A stretch of 61,141 nt of DNA, counting the filler, from Bipalium vagum (lineage: Eukaryota), in assembly GCA_037834085.1 (NCBI GenBank). It is 3 parts of 3 records of this genome, joined end to end, with 100 filler letters (N's around TTAATTAATTAA, not from the genome) between each part and the next. Parts side by side here need not be neighbours in the genome. Positions count along the whole stretch, not along the records: positions 17,713 to 41,524 come from JBBMKC010204379.1; positions 41,625 to 61,141 come from JBBMKC010001401.1; 1 more part is not named here. One strand, written 5' to 3'. The position numbers and the translations under genes are program-made. The notes beneath the pieces were generated by a model that saw nothing but the letters and a program-made list of their open reading frames with translations, did not search any database and was not told where the DNA came from. This document shows, piece by piece, positions 40,251-53,759 of the stretch (position 1 is the stretch's first letter; the number at the start of each line of letters is the position of its first letter).

Positions 40251-41524
40251 TTAATTTCAAGCTAGACAAATCTTAAAAATAAACTTAGATCTCTAAATTT
40301 TATGATATTTTTACTAGGGCAAAAAATTTTTGCATGTATGCAAAAATTTTCGAAAAAGTGCAATTTCTTCAGAATAATGCAACAAATGTAAACTATTCTA
40401 AAATGAAAATTTGCAAAAATTTCAAAACCTATTGAGAAAATTTTTTTTATCAAAAATTAGATATGGATTAAAAACTTTATTCAACCTTACATGTATCGAT
40501 ATTTAAATAGGAAATAAAATAATTCCAGGAATTTTCTCTAAATGGCTTTTAGCATTAAAAAAAACGCCTTTCTATTTGAATTGAAATTGAAGCACATTTC
40601 ATGATATTGGAGTAATCGCTTGGTTATATATTTTAAATTTCGTATGCAATAATTTTTTGGAAATCAAATTTTCCAATCTTGAATTAAGATATTCATTTAA
40701 CTTTATTGGGTCTTTATCAAAATTCATTATTTTATGAAAGTATAATTAAAATCTATCTCCTTATCGAAATCCTCTAGGAAATAAATAAATCCTGTGAGAA
40801 TTCCGTGTGAATCTTTTATGGCAATAAGGTCAACTATATAAAGACTCATGAAAACAGGCAAAGTTTGCTCTATGATATAGTATATCTGCGGAAACAAAGG
40901 CGTTTTTTAGTATTATTTAAAAAAAATTTCATTTGATTTCCTTAATTATTACGTTACATGAAAATCGTGCTTTAAAATAATTTATAACACAACAAAACAA
41001 AATGTAATTTACTTTAAAATAATTATGTTAAATTAGTAAGTAATTATGCACAAAGATTTTTCGGACAACCTAGTATTAAATGCTGATCTTGTTACGGAGT
41101 GATTACCTAATGGTTAATATTCAGAAATTTATTATTCAATGTATAAAATATTTCAGGTTGAAAGAAACACCAATAAAACGAAAAGAGGACTTATTGTCTA
41201 AGTTTAATCAAATCCTTTAATATTTTAAAAATATTCAACACATTAAAAAATGTCATTAGATGCAGTAAAACAAATGATTTTATTTGATATATTAGAGAAT
41301 AATAATTATTTTATAATGTAACAAATCAACAAAGCTAAAATAATGAAAACAGTCGAGACATGGTCACTGTAATAATTATACAAAATAAAAAAAATATAAT
41401 GTAATAAAAAATGCTTTGATGATAAAATAAAAAATATATTTCCAAGACAGATTTCAAGTCCAATTTCTCTTCGTAAGTATTATAATTATTTTTTTTGTAA
41501 ATTTTAATAATATTCAATCATATA

Positions 41525-41624
41525 NNNNNNNNNNNNNNNNNNNNNNNNNNNNNNNNNNNNNNNNNNNNTTAATTAATTAANNNNNNNNNNNNNNNNNNNN
41601 NNNNNNNNNNNNNNNNNNNNNNNN
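41525..41624. other. Artificial contig linker
   Basis: Identical 44 N + TTAATTAATTAA + 44 N spacer. Confidence 0.99.

Positions 41625-41693
<69 letters not shown>
41625..41693. repeat. (TTA)n microsatellite at the contig start
   Basis: Perfect TTA array. Confidence 0.97.
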
Positions 41694-41694
<1 letters not shown>

Positions 41695-42754
41695 CGATTA
41701 TCATCATCATCATTATTGCATAATCATTGAATTGGGATCATTCTTTGACCTTTTCGGCCCTCTACCAACAACAATCACTGTAAAACTGCTCCCTTTCAAG
41801 TCCACTGAATCGATTCACTCCATCACATTGAGAAAACGAGTGGGGAAATGTAATTCTTTGCAAGCAAAAAGTCTGGGAGCGAAAAATTCCCAGTCTTGAT
41901 CATGGCCGGGCCGAGACAGCAGGGGCCATTGAAAGACAATCCGGAGATCCAGGAAGACAGAAGAAAACGACTCACATCAAAATGAAAAGAAACCCACTCA
42001 AGTGGAAAATAAAAATTCTTTGTTGCCAGGAGATAAAAGTCTTTTCTCTGACTTTCCCCAAAATTTATTGCCCACCGATGGATCGATCGATCATTTATGA
42101 TCCAGATCTCAATGTTTTTCTTACTGATTATCTTGACCCTAACGTAACACATTGGTCCATTGTAGTTCCGTAATGAAAGATTTATCAATTGGGCCTGTTC
42201 TTAGCAACGGCTTTCACACGTCATAATTGGTGTCCTTTATCGTTTTCTGGGGCGAAAGCACTCAGGCGCCTCATTGTTTCGCGTTTCACTTGCTCTATAT
42301 CAGTTTTAGTACTAATAGTTCTCTTCGGAACACAAGACCTGTAGAGAAAGCGCAAAGAAGAGATTGACAGTGGAAATAGGCAAGGAAAATTCGAGTGGCA
42401 CTCATGGCACACGATTTAGGACTAAGGTTTTATCTGTTACCCGAGGTTCAGACGAAAATTCAGATCGACACACTGTAGAAATTTATCATTACTCCGGACA
42501 AATAATTTTTTATCGGGAAATTCTTCCACCGCTCTTCTCTCCTCGACAATCAAACGGTTCAAAGTCTCAGCGAAAAAACGATATTGATTCACTGGTTTAA
42601 TTTGATCTCAAAATCAATCGGATTCATTATAAAATATTAATATTCGATTCTTCAATTAATTGATAATGAAAAATCAATATTAATTTAATATTGATAATTA
42701 TTGATTTTTTTAAATTTTCAATGATAAAAGATATCAAACTACTCCTTAAAAATA

Positions 42755-42756
42755 AT

Positions 42757-42812
<56 letters not shown>
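42755..42812. repeat. (AAT)n followed by (ATT)n microsatellite (self-complementary pair)
   Basis: Directly visible in the sequence. Confidence 0.9.
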
Positions 42813-42815
<3 letters not shown>

Positions 42816-45047
42816 TAGTAATAATATTTTTTGTGCAGTAATTTATATATTGATATTGAAGGTGATTATTATTTTTGTTTTTCTTTGGGACTTGGACATT
42901 TTTTTGGAAGGACAAGTAATGATTGATTTCTAAATATATTTACGTATTAATAAATAAAATATCTGTTCCAAAACCACGGAAGAGAGCCATGTGAAAGAAT
43001 GTGTCAGAAACTGTGTTGAGGGGAAATATCCCGTCTAATCATCAATCACCATGAATAATGGGGTAACATTATTCATTTTCTCTCTCTTTGGACATTTGCT
43101 TCTGGTAATGAATTCCCCGCGTCATTATTCCTCGAGGTCATGAGTCGACCAATGGTTTCTGATAGATAAATCAATAAGAAAAGAAAGGTCGATGAAAATA
43201 AAGATATTGACAGAGATATTTGTCGGAAGGAATTTCCCGTTGGAAAAGGTCACAGCTTAGGCCGCAAAATTGGAAAGAATGTGGATTATGGAAAAAAAGT
43301 CTCCGTGTCCTTTTTCTGGAAGACTTGACTGCACTATTGTTACATTTCTGTCAGGACAGGACTGAGGAGAGACCACCGTTTTGAGCCAAGACAAATATCA
43401 GTGCCTCACTTCTGGCAAAGATTTTAATTGATAATAACTAAAAGACAGCGGAGCCCGTCAGCAAATAATATATCAATTAATTGCGATATTTTCAGACCCG
43501 AGACGACAATTATTGATTAATGTATAATAGTTGACGATGTACTGCGGTCAAATGCAACAATCCATGTTTCAAGAGACGATTGCATTCGTTGGGGGTAACT
43601 GAGAGGAGATCATTGTCATTAGGCAGGACAGCTCAAGTTTCCAAATGAGCTCAGATAAAGAGAACTAAAAGAGATTACACTATTGATTTTGTGGTTTAAT
43701 TATCCTGTTTGCTCGGGACTGTATGTTTGGTGTGGAATCCCATGCTGCCAATGTGAGTGAAGAGCGCCTTCATAGTTGAGAGGGACAACAATACAAATCA
43801 TCTTCCGTTCCCTTGTACTATTAACCGGAATTACAGAACATAACGAAAGGACAGAGCACAGGGGAACTCCCTATCCCTGAGCTTCCCTGTCCATGATATG
43901 TGATGCCAAGAATTAATCAATTATTTTCGCCATATCATCTCGTCGTATTATTTCACATTATTGGCACAGAAAAAATTGACGTTGGCCAAAAATGCCACGC
44001 AAATCACTCATAAACAACCAGGAATGATTGGCAAGTAACGTGAACTGTGGTAATGATTTGTGCATAATGATTTGAATGAAAGCGAGGACTGAAGATCTCT
44101 TGGACTGCGACTTCTCACAGGTCAGAAAGGACGGAAATCGTCGTGGAATGTTCAGAGGACCTTGAACGGTTTCGACAAAAAAGCTGTTCATTTATTTAAT
44201 TATTTTTAATATTATTATTATTATTATTGATTTATTATTATTATTTTTTAATTATAAATTAGAAGAGGAATTTAGCAAAACAGTAATATATGCCACTGTG
44301 TAGCAATGTCGAAGACGTATGGCTAAAAGTCCACAATTTGTTCTGCTGCTGCTGTTTCTGGTGATGATGATGACAACGACGACGACGACGACGATGACAG
44401 AGAGCTGCCACAATGGTCTGTGAATACAATGAAAGACAACAGCGAGGACACAAGTGTCACTGAGGCCAAGGAAATGGAAAATAAATTATTGTACTGTTTA
44501 TCGTTATTGTTTGGGCCGTATCACTACTACTTTTCCCCGACATTATTTTTGCTACTCCTCCTTGCGAGCAATTAATTTAATCAAAATTTACAATTAAAAC
44601 TTATAACGATAACTTTTGCTTTTTCCACAAGATAATTCTGGAAAGGATTCCGTCCAATGAAAACCTGTTGTTTTTCTGCGATGCCAATGGAACTTTCGTG
44701 TTTGTGTGCGTCAATATCCAGATGGGAAAAGTCAACAATGTTTGCCAGTTTCCACTCATGTCACTACGAAAATCGTTACGAGAATCATAAAATCTCGCAG
44801 ACCACAATTTGATTTCGTGGAAATCGTTTCAATTTTATAATTATTTTCATTATTTTATTACTATTATTATTATTATTATTATTGACATAATTGTTGCTTT
44901 TAAATAAATCAATAATTAAATAATTCGGAAATTAATTAGAAAATCAATAATAATAAATGATAATTAAAAATCAATAGTGAAATTAATTTTATAGTAAAAA
45001 TTAGTATTAATCGATAATTATTATGAAATTATAATAAATGATAAAAA

Positions 45048-45048
<1 letters not shown>

Positions 45049-45128
<80 letters not shown>
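45049..45128. repeat. (TTA)n microsatellite
   Basis: Perfect TTA array. Confidence 0.97.
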
Positions 45129-45129
<1 letters not shown>

Positions 45130-45642
45130 ACAAATATAAGAAATAAGTGTTGATTAAATTAAAATGTCATGGAACCAAAATATGATAATAGACAAGCCAA
45201 GGTATGTACACCATTAATTAATAAACTAAACAATACAATTAACCTAATAAGGTTCATCATCATCACCATTACCCTCGTCATCACCAACACCATCATCCAC
45301 CATCACAATTATCATCCACCCATTATTATACAGCAATAAAAATGTCAAACGAATCAGCACTATCAGTCATCGTCTGTTCGTGTGGCATGTGCACGGATCT
45401 GTAACAGTAGCGGACTGGTGGCTGCACGCCATTCATTGTATTCGTCGGTCGGTCCGTCCACTCATCCATGCACTGCACACACACAAACACAGACTAGTTT
45501 CTACAGCCTGCACACACCACCTTGAACATAAAGGCAGCTGCACACAGGCAAAGTAAGGTGAAAATCAATGATGCGAAAACAAGATCAATGTAATTGGCAC
45601 TCCTTTATTCATAGATAATAAATCAATGCATCTCAAACTCAC

Positions 45643-48600
45643 GCGACTCAAATGCGGCATTTTCCTCCGACGGCGCAGCTGTCTCCGTTGTCGGCCGTAT
45701 TTTGATGACATCGTTGTTTCGGTGGCACTGGAGAACCTGTGGATGACGAGAACAATTACAATAAAATCGTTATTTTTTAAATAAAATCAATTAATTTGAT
45801 ATTGAAATGAATAAATCTTGTGCAGATTTTAATTAAAACTGGAAGGAAGAGCTTCAAGCAAGTTGTTCTATCAACCCAATGCAGAGCTTTAAATAAATTA
45901 TGCACTTCCTAGTCGAATCGATTATACCACACTGGTCTTTTCCAAAGAACATGTCAATCCTTTAAACCACGCTATTCTACACAATCCAGGCACATTTCAT
46001 TGTTACTTTCTTTCGTTAATTCACGACCCCACACCTCTTTGCATTCAACATTAATCAGGTCAGTCTATGAAGGTCTCTTCAGTTAAGACTTTTCAGTAAA
46101 ACAATGAATATTTCCGTAAGAAATTAACAAATCTATTTGTCGTTGGTGTCTTGAGACTCGGGGATTCTTTAGAGATGTCTGGGATTGGAGAGATATCAAC
46201 ATCAGCTCGTATAAATGAAAATTACACCAAATATTTGATGTAAAGTTTTAATTGGACACCAAACCAAGAAAAAGAACCAACCTGCTGGAATCATCTTCTG
46301 AGTCGAAGAAGCTTGTGGTGTCAAGATCACTGCTCATCATAGACGACGAGGACTCGTAGATGGGCTGTTGCTTCCCGTGACAATTATTTGGAGCATTGTT
46401 AATGTTATTGCCGTTGCCGTTGTTACTGATACTGTTGTTATTGATCGAATTGGGAGCTTGGGAATTGCGCATCTTTTTCAATTTTACTACTGCAAAAATA
46501 AGACGGTTTTACTTTTATCGCTGACAAGAGACGGAAAAAATTTTTAAAAAAAAAAGGAAAATGTAAAAATGTGTAGAGGAAACCCCAACTGACCTCCAGT
46601 CAATATATATCAATAAAAACCGGGATCGGAAACAATAAATAATAAAAAATAATAATATTTCGAAAAATCGATTAAAGTCTGAACATGATTCCGATTATTT
46701 ATTTCGCAGACAAAAAGAAGGATGACAGAGCGCTGAATCCAACGGTCTCCCGTGTTGCTATGTCACTCCGTGCACGGTCGCAGAAACAGATACAGCACAC
46801 TCACACGCACACGCACACAATCTCTAACGCAGCACTCAATCACAAACTCACACACACAACGGCACGCACACACTCTGGGCAATCCTCCACCAACGTGAGC
46901 TTGCCCAAGGCAGTCTGGCATTATGACGGGCACCGTCACTTCCTGAATTACGTAAGGGACCTCTGGGAGAAAACAGCACAGTCTCACCGGCTGGAGGTGG
47001 TAACCGATCCCAGGTAACATGGACGAGTTGAGATGTGAGGGAGCAAGCGTTGGGAAAAAGCACGAATCGATGATACTTTTCGAAAGCCACATTCATCTCT
47101 GGCAGAAGATGGGAAACGTTATATTTTTTTGTAAAGGGCATTATTCCCTAAAATAAATATTTACTTAATTATTGAAAAATTTTTCTCGTTCCTCCATTTT
47201 TTATTGGTAAATTAAACCGTTGGACATTCCATTAACTTTCGCGTTGGCCAATTAATCAATTCTCCGATTTTATTATCATTGATTTTTAATATAAACGATT
47301 ATTGTTTTATTATTGATTATTGGCGATGATAATAATTATTGGCTTTATCATCATCGAAACGGGCTATAATCACAAAATTGACAAAAAGGTATCCCAATAT
47401 CGTCGAAAGGGTCGACGACCAAATCCTCATCGCACCTCATCCAGCAACACCATCACCCTGGAATCGGCCATCGGAGGCAGAAATGCTAATGATGCTAATT
47501 ACGAATGATAATTATAATTGTCCACATGAGATGTAGGGATCTGCGAAGCTCGCGACTGACGAGACGAGACGAGCTGCTGCTTCTGCAAATGTCGAGCAGA
47601 TTCGTGTGGCCAGTGATACGTCACTCACAAAGTGGTTAGTACTACTTTCACCACATTGTGAAGGGGCAGGGGAGGGTTGGTCGTTTTGGGCGCGATTTCC
47701 TTCGACAGCGTCGTAAAGGGCAAAGAAAAGTGACGGGTGGAGCTGAGTATTTGGGTTTCTGGTCGCGAAAAACATTGTCGAGTGAAATGAGGAACATGTA
47801 TCTATCATCAGTTTTATGTATATATATCCATATCAATGTCCAAAAATCGATAACTGATGTTTCCCTTTTTTCGTTGAATATTATCAATTTCTGGGATATG
47901 TTTTGGGAGAGAGGAGGGGAACTTGTAGAGAAAACAACGCAATAAGGACAAGATTGTAGAGAAGATAAAGAAATGACGAGTAAATCTAGATGGTCTTTGG
48001 AGTCAAGTATCTCAACTAAAAAGGTCTGAGAGATCAGGACCCGAGATGAAGAGTGTGTTAGGAGAGAGAAGTTAAAGAGAGAAAGTTGCTGAACGGAAAG
48101 GGGGTATTGTAGAGAGAGACTGAAAGAAAGGTCATAGAGTTACTACTGTGTCCAATCGGATCTTAGCAGTCAAGTGTCTCATCTCAGATGAGCTGGAGAA
48201 ACAAGATCCGAGACGAAAGATCTGTAAAACGAGAACTAAATAGAATCACTTACTGTGTTTGAAATCACTGAACTTTCGCAACGGCGGAACCTTATCTGAA
48301 ACAACAAAATACAGGCTCAACGACAAGAAGCGCAGCATATCATCCATCACCTTCGTTGTAAATCGAATCGATCTCATCGAACGCATCATCCGTTTCATCC
48401 AGAGTGATCTTTTCCGGACCGGTGAACTTGTGAGTCTGCTTTTGAGCTTTGCCAGTGTTCTCATCCGGTTTTTTGCTGCCGGCTGACGGTTTGTATTGAG
48501 ACTGCTTGCTGAAACTGCTGCACATTAATCAGAAACCATTTCCAAACGGAAACATTTCAAATACCGAAAACTGGGCGACTTGGGATCGTTGGAATCGACG

Positions 48601-48986
48601 ACGGCGGGCTTGTCTTTGACTTTGTCTGGCTCGTTAATCAAAATATCCTTGCCCGACGATGAGTGATTATCCGACTGAGTACTGCCTTCGGAAACGACCA
48701 GCCACGAAACGACTCGTCCATTCACGTAAGGTAGCTTGGCATCGTCGTCCGTTATTTCCTCCTTCACCACACTGCAACAGACACCAACACGTAAACCATG
48801 ACGGCGTTAATGACAGAAAACCAACCCGAAATCATCGTCGAGAGACTTGAAAAAGAATTTGTAATTGGGACGATTGAGTGCATTTTTGAAATCGCCCAAT
48901 GTAATTTGGTCTGGTGATGAGTGGAATTTTATGAGATAAGGCGTTTCCTCGTCGTCGACATAATAAATGATTCGTGTTTCCTCCAT
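45643..48986 (-). CDS. dvl: Dishevelled, 5' half (DIX domain, Ser-rich linker, basic region); PDZ and DEP exons not found in this contig
   Basis: Exons 48986-48826, 48771-48565, 48517-48351, 48295-48254, 46489-46282, 45736-45643, all GT-AG and phase-compatible. Translation: [54 protein letters not shown]|[25 protein letters not shown] (DIX), [23 protein letters not shown]|[31 protein letters not shown]. Confidence 0.96.
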
Positions 48987-49929
48987 GTGGCGGGCGTTAG
49001 AAACCCCAACAAAAATTAATATTCAATAAAATTAATAAAAATTTATTTATATTTAAAACGGTTTAGTGCAGCTAAACAAAACGTTTAAATTATCAATTTA
49101 TTTGTTAACATTAACAAATGGACATTAAAAAAAACATTTTCTTTTTAAATCAGCCAATGATAAATGTTGTGATCAATTTTTAACCATTAAATCCATTTTT
49201 GAATGTTCGATTTTTAATTAATTTTTGTGACTGTTTTTAATTGATTTCAAAATGATTTATCAATCGATATTTTCTTTTCTAATCGAAAATGTTTCTCTTT
49301 TTTATGATCTCTAGTGTCAATCGATAAATTCTTATTTAATTATATCTTAAATATTAAAATCAATTTTTTATAAAGAAATTTTTAATCGATTTTGTGGCAC
49401 GTTTCACTTTAAAAATCAATTATCCCAAATTTTTATGTTTTTAATACTTTTTATTTCATAAAGATGAAATGAGATCATCCCAGATCCGACCACGTTGTTC
49501 TTTTCAAGTTTGTAAGATTATTTGTCAGACCCTTTTTACTGGTAATTCTTAATTCCTTTACAAATCAATTGATACTGGAATTTACACACCCGTTCCCTCT
49601 TAATGTGTTCAATCAAGAGTACATGTTATCTCTAACTCTATTATAAAACCACAACATAAGTACTATCGATTGATTTGAGCTAAAGACTTTAGATGCCTCT
49701 GAACCTCAGGTGGAATGGTGAGTTTAAGGTCCTTTCGCGATTTCACATGTGTGTATCAAAAGACAGGTTCATAAAGAGAGGAAACTAATAATGAAAAACG
49801 AGACAAAGATATCCAATGTTTATTTTGCAAAAATTGAAAGTTTTGTCCATCGGCTCTGGGGCATAAATCGAAACGGTTTACAAAATTAACAGAAAGGTCA
49901 GCGAAGATCCAATGAAAATTTGTTTTCAT

Positions 49930-51030
49930 TTCTTCTTCCACACTTTCTTTACAAATCTCCATGGAAACTAATTTATTGGTCTTATATCTGGACATCTGGG
50001 TAGGCACAGAACTGGTCTAATACACCCAATCCACTTTTGATGAAAATTGTGATTTAAGATATTCCTGGCAGGTTTTCTTTGTGAGAGGGACTGTGCCTTG
50101 TTGAAGTATTGCCTTGGAATATGTTTCTTTAGCCTTGAAAATAGGAATCAGATATTCCGTTAAGATTTTCAAATAAAACTACTTAGTCACTGTTCCATCA
50201 AAGAGTATGACCAATGGTTTTATTGTGAACCATTCCAGCTTAGACCTGAAAAGGACCTGGAGGACAACCTGGAGGCCCCTTGTCGCTTCGGGTGGGGCTA
50301 TTTTTGATTATGTCTTGTTTCTTTATTTTTATTTTGATATTTAATCTTTACTCTAAATTTCCCTTACACCATCTGTTATTGAATTCTTGCTTTGAATTGT
50401 TCATTGGTGTGTTGAGTTAACGATTGCTGAAGAGTTGATAAGAAACCCGGCTCAGATATTTGATCAATTTTGATTTCTGATCGGATTGTGGTTTTGTGAT
50501 GAGTGCAAAGGTTGTTTTGGATTATTTAATAAAGTTTTATTGTGATTGTTTTGATTCAATTTGGGGAACGAACAACCTTTGAGTGCAATAGTAATATGAA
50601 CACAACTTTGAAGCGTTTATTGATTGTGAGCGAAAGCTACTTCTTTCAGCCTAAGGATTGTAATAACTAATGAACTGGGGAATGGTTAACTCACGTGAAG
50701 ATTTATTATTGAATGTGGTATGTTAAGTTGAGATGAAGTACCTTTGAAAGACATTTTTGAATGTTCCTCATACAAAGTACAAATTGAAGACAAATTTTGG
50801 CAATCACATGGTGATCTTCCACTTCTAGGTCTGTCCAGTACTGAACGCGTTTCATAAAATTATTAAATAAAACTCACACGACGTTAGTTTTGGGAGGCGT
50901 ACTCTTCATAAACAATTTTTATTGTCACTGCACTAGCATCACGGAACAAAATACCACTTGATACCCTATTGAAGTAACTTCGCTTGTCTATCAGTAACTT
51001 CTCACTAAACGATATTGTGCTCGAAATTCA
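49930..51030 (-). mobile_element. Old rosa/DD41D remnant interrupted by a dispersed repeat
   Basis: N-terminal FYETRSVLDRPRSGR at ~50815-50865; catalytic part TIGHTLFDGTVT..YLKILTEYLIP..LQQG..KWIG..PRCPDIRP at ~49960-50235. Confidence 0.65.
50240..50640 (+). repeat. Dispersed repeat family copy A (5'-truncated)
   Basis: gacctgaaaaggacctggaggacaacctggaggccccttgtcgct aligns with 54031-54090 and with the reverse complement of 51430-51486; ttattgtgattgttttgattca is shared with copy B. Confidence 0.7.
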
Positions 51031-51039
51031 TTATCTCCT

Positions 51040-51720
51040 CGCAAACTGAATCAAAACTACACAAAAAACTTTACCCTCTGTCTATATGAATCGAAGCCCC
51101 CAACAATAAAACTTTATCTGCAGCCTGAAAAGTGAATCAAAACAGTCACAATAATATTTTATTATAAATTCAATAACATCCTGATGCAACTGCAAAATTC
51201 TCTTCAGTACTCGATAATCACCCAAAAATATGTCCAATAATCACTCAAAACAAATTATCTTCAATGTCAATTAAAGAACTCAACGATAAAAATCGAGTCA
51301 ATGGTTAAAGTAATAATAATCGAACACAAGAAAAAAAGAATAATATTAATCTAATTAAATAGCTTTGAGGAAAAGGACGAGAAGAATAATCACAAAGGGA
51401 AAGAGTTCGAGAGTAACAAAATAAAACGGTCTTACCAGGAGCGACAAGGGGTCCCCTGGTAGTCCTCTAGGCTCTTCACAGGTCACAAAGGGATTCCAAA
51501 ACTAGATGGGTCACCTTGGTAAATTTTCTTGCCATAGCACATCCACAAAAAAGAATACGGGAATCCTTGAATTGTTTTCGGATCTTCTTGAAAACTGCGT
51601 CAAATCGTATAAATCGTCCTTCTGAAATTCGTCTTTTTATATAGTTTTAGAGATTGGTCTACGATCAAAAATTCCCACGACTCAAGATGACTATTTCCAT
51701 CAGTAGCCCTTTATCTTTAA
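51040..51720 (-). repeat. Dispersed repeat family copy B (inverted relative to A and C)
   Basis: The reverse complement contains gggaatttttgatcgtagaccaatctcta..tataaaaagacg (compare 53872-53922) and gacctgtgaagagcctagagg..gaccccttgtcgctcctggtaagaccg (compare 54031-54088). Confidence 0.75.
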
Positions 51721-52339
51721 CCTTTACCCCAACGCTGAGACAAAGTTAGACAGTTGATCACTTCGACGACGGAGCCCATTCATCATAATCCTCTTCAAAT
51801 TACGCCAAAGTCAGCACAAAGACTTCAATGTTTCACTCTCATTAAATTTGCTAACCATAAATTTTCAAAATTAATTGATATTAATAATAATAATATTATT
51901 ATCATCATTAACCTCATCATTTCATCTTTTTATGCATTTGGCAAACCCAACACAAGTAATTAAAGTTTAAACAATTTTGATAATTCTTGGGACAAACGGT
52001 ATTCATCTTGCTATGCAAAAATCGTTATATCAATAGTATACCAACGGATTGTATATCGATTTTTTATTGATTATTAAAAAATCGAATGGACTTTAATAAC
52101 CAACTTGAAGATTAATCGAATATGATATCACCCCACCAATTCGTTGATCATTTAAATAAAATTATTAAATTTCCTTTCATTTTAGTAAAATCATTATTGA
52201 TTTTTATGTAACTATTGTTTTAATAATCATAAAAAAGCAACACTTTAAACGAATCAAAAAATTTAAAGAGTTACTTAATAAAGAAAACACAATATAACAA
52301 TATTAATTAATTAATTGAAAAATTCTCAGTACTAAAATT

Positions 52340-52452
52340 ACTCTAGCCAGGTAGGACGATTTCTTCACTGAGACTTATCACCTTTGACGCTAGAGCTGTT
52401 GAGCCTGGTGATGCATAAATTACACAATCACTTACCACTGAGCTAGTCTTGA
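52340..52452 (-). repeat. Possible tRNA-derived SINE head or tRNA pseudogene
   Basis: Minus strand reads gactagctcagtggtaagtg (Pol III A-box-like) with a degenerate B-box-like ggctcaacagc about 30 nt later; no cloverleaf can be formed. Confidence 0.35.
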
Positions 52453-53759
52453 TTATAATCTAATTAAGACAGGCTTACGTAATGTTGTAAGAAAGGCATT
52501 TCAGTGTTGCCCTACAGCTAATAAAGATCTGTAAATATCTAGGTCAGACGTAATGAAATCTCTATTAAAGTTACTCATAATTCTCGGTAATAGAACTGTA
52601 ATCGATAAAACAGGTAAGACACACTCATAATTTTTAATTAATCAATTGATTACTTGTGTTTTTCGACTTTCTCGGTTGAAGTTCTAAAAATTTGTCGGTC
52701 GAAACGTAATTATTATCAGCGGATATTTCCGAGTAGTTCTGAAAATTTTCATTGCTTTAATTAAACGTTTTTTTTATATTTGTATTTTTTGTAAGCAAAT
52801 ATATTTTCATAAACAATTTTAATTTAGTTTATTTTCATTAGAATGAACGTAGTTAAGTTTTTTATAAATCAATCAATCTAAATGAAATCAGCCAAAGATT
52901 ATCATTAAAACTATTTGAGACATTTATTATAAAATTTTAATTTTCTTGAGATCAATATACATTTATTGATTTTACGTTGTTGTTGAAAATTTAATATTTT
53001 TAATAAAAATGAATTAATCACAATAATGATTTTGGTAATAAGAGTAGTTAAACATTCAAAACTGGTAAAACTGCTGTTGTTTGTGTACAAGCTAAAATTG
53101 AGCGTTTGACAGAAATAAAAGCGTGTCACAGCAAAATACGATTTTGAGTCTCAAGGAAACCTCTACAGGTTTTTAAAATAAAGCAATGTTGATCATCGAG
53201 AACTCATCTGAAGCAATTAGGATATGTGTATGTTGACTGAGAAATATTTATTGAATAACTTAAGAAAAAAGAGTAGATACTGAAGACATATAGATTAGAG
53301 ACGAAGGGCGCTGAAAACAGAGGCTGGTTCTCAAACCAACCTCAACTGATTCACAATTCACTTCTGAAAACGAGACATGGAGGGGTCGCACCCCGAAAAT
53401 GGGTAGGCCAAAACAAATTATACCAGAGCGAACAGCTACATGGAATTTGATTTTTACGACCATGATCCCAAATCCACCTTGGAGTCACTGGCTCAATACC
53501 ATCTCTATCCCCACCAAAAGGTGATAGGGGTTGTGCCTCTACAAAATATTGAAAATTATCGTAATTATAAAAGAACTTTTAAAGTAGAGAAGAGTCAGCA
53601 TGGCTGGTATTATTTTCAAGTAGGGTTTTGCGAGTTTGTCTGGTTTTCAAAATAAAAAAGGCATTCCGCAGTAGTGTTGGGTTTGAAGGATAATAATAAT
53701 AATAAAAAAATTATTTTTCAAAAAAATGGGAAATTTTTTCTTATTAATTATTAATTATT

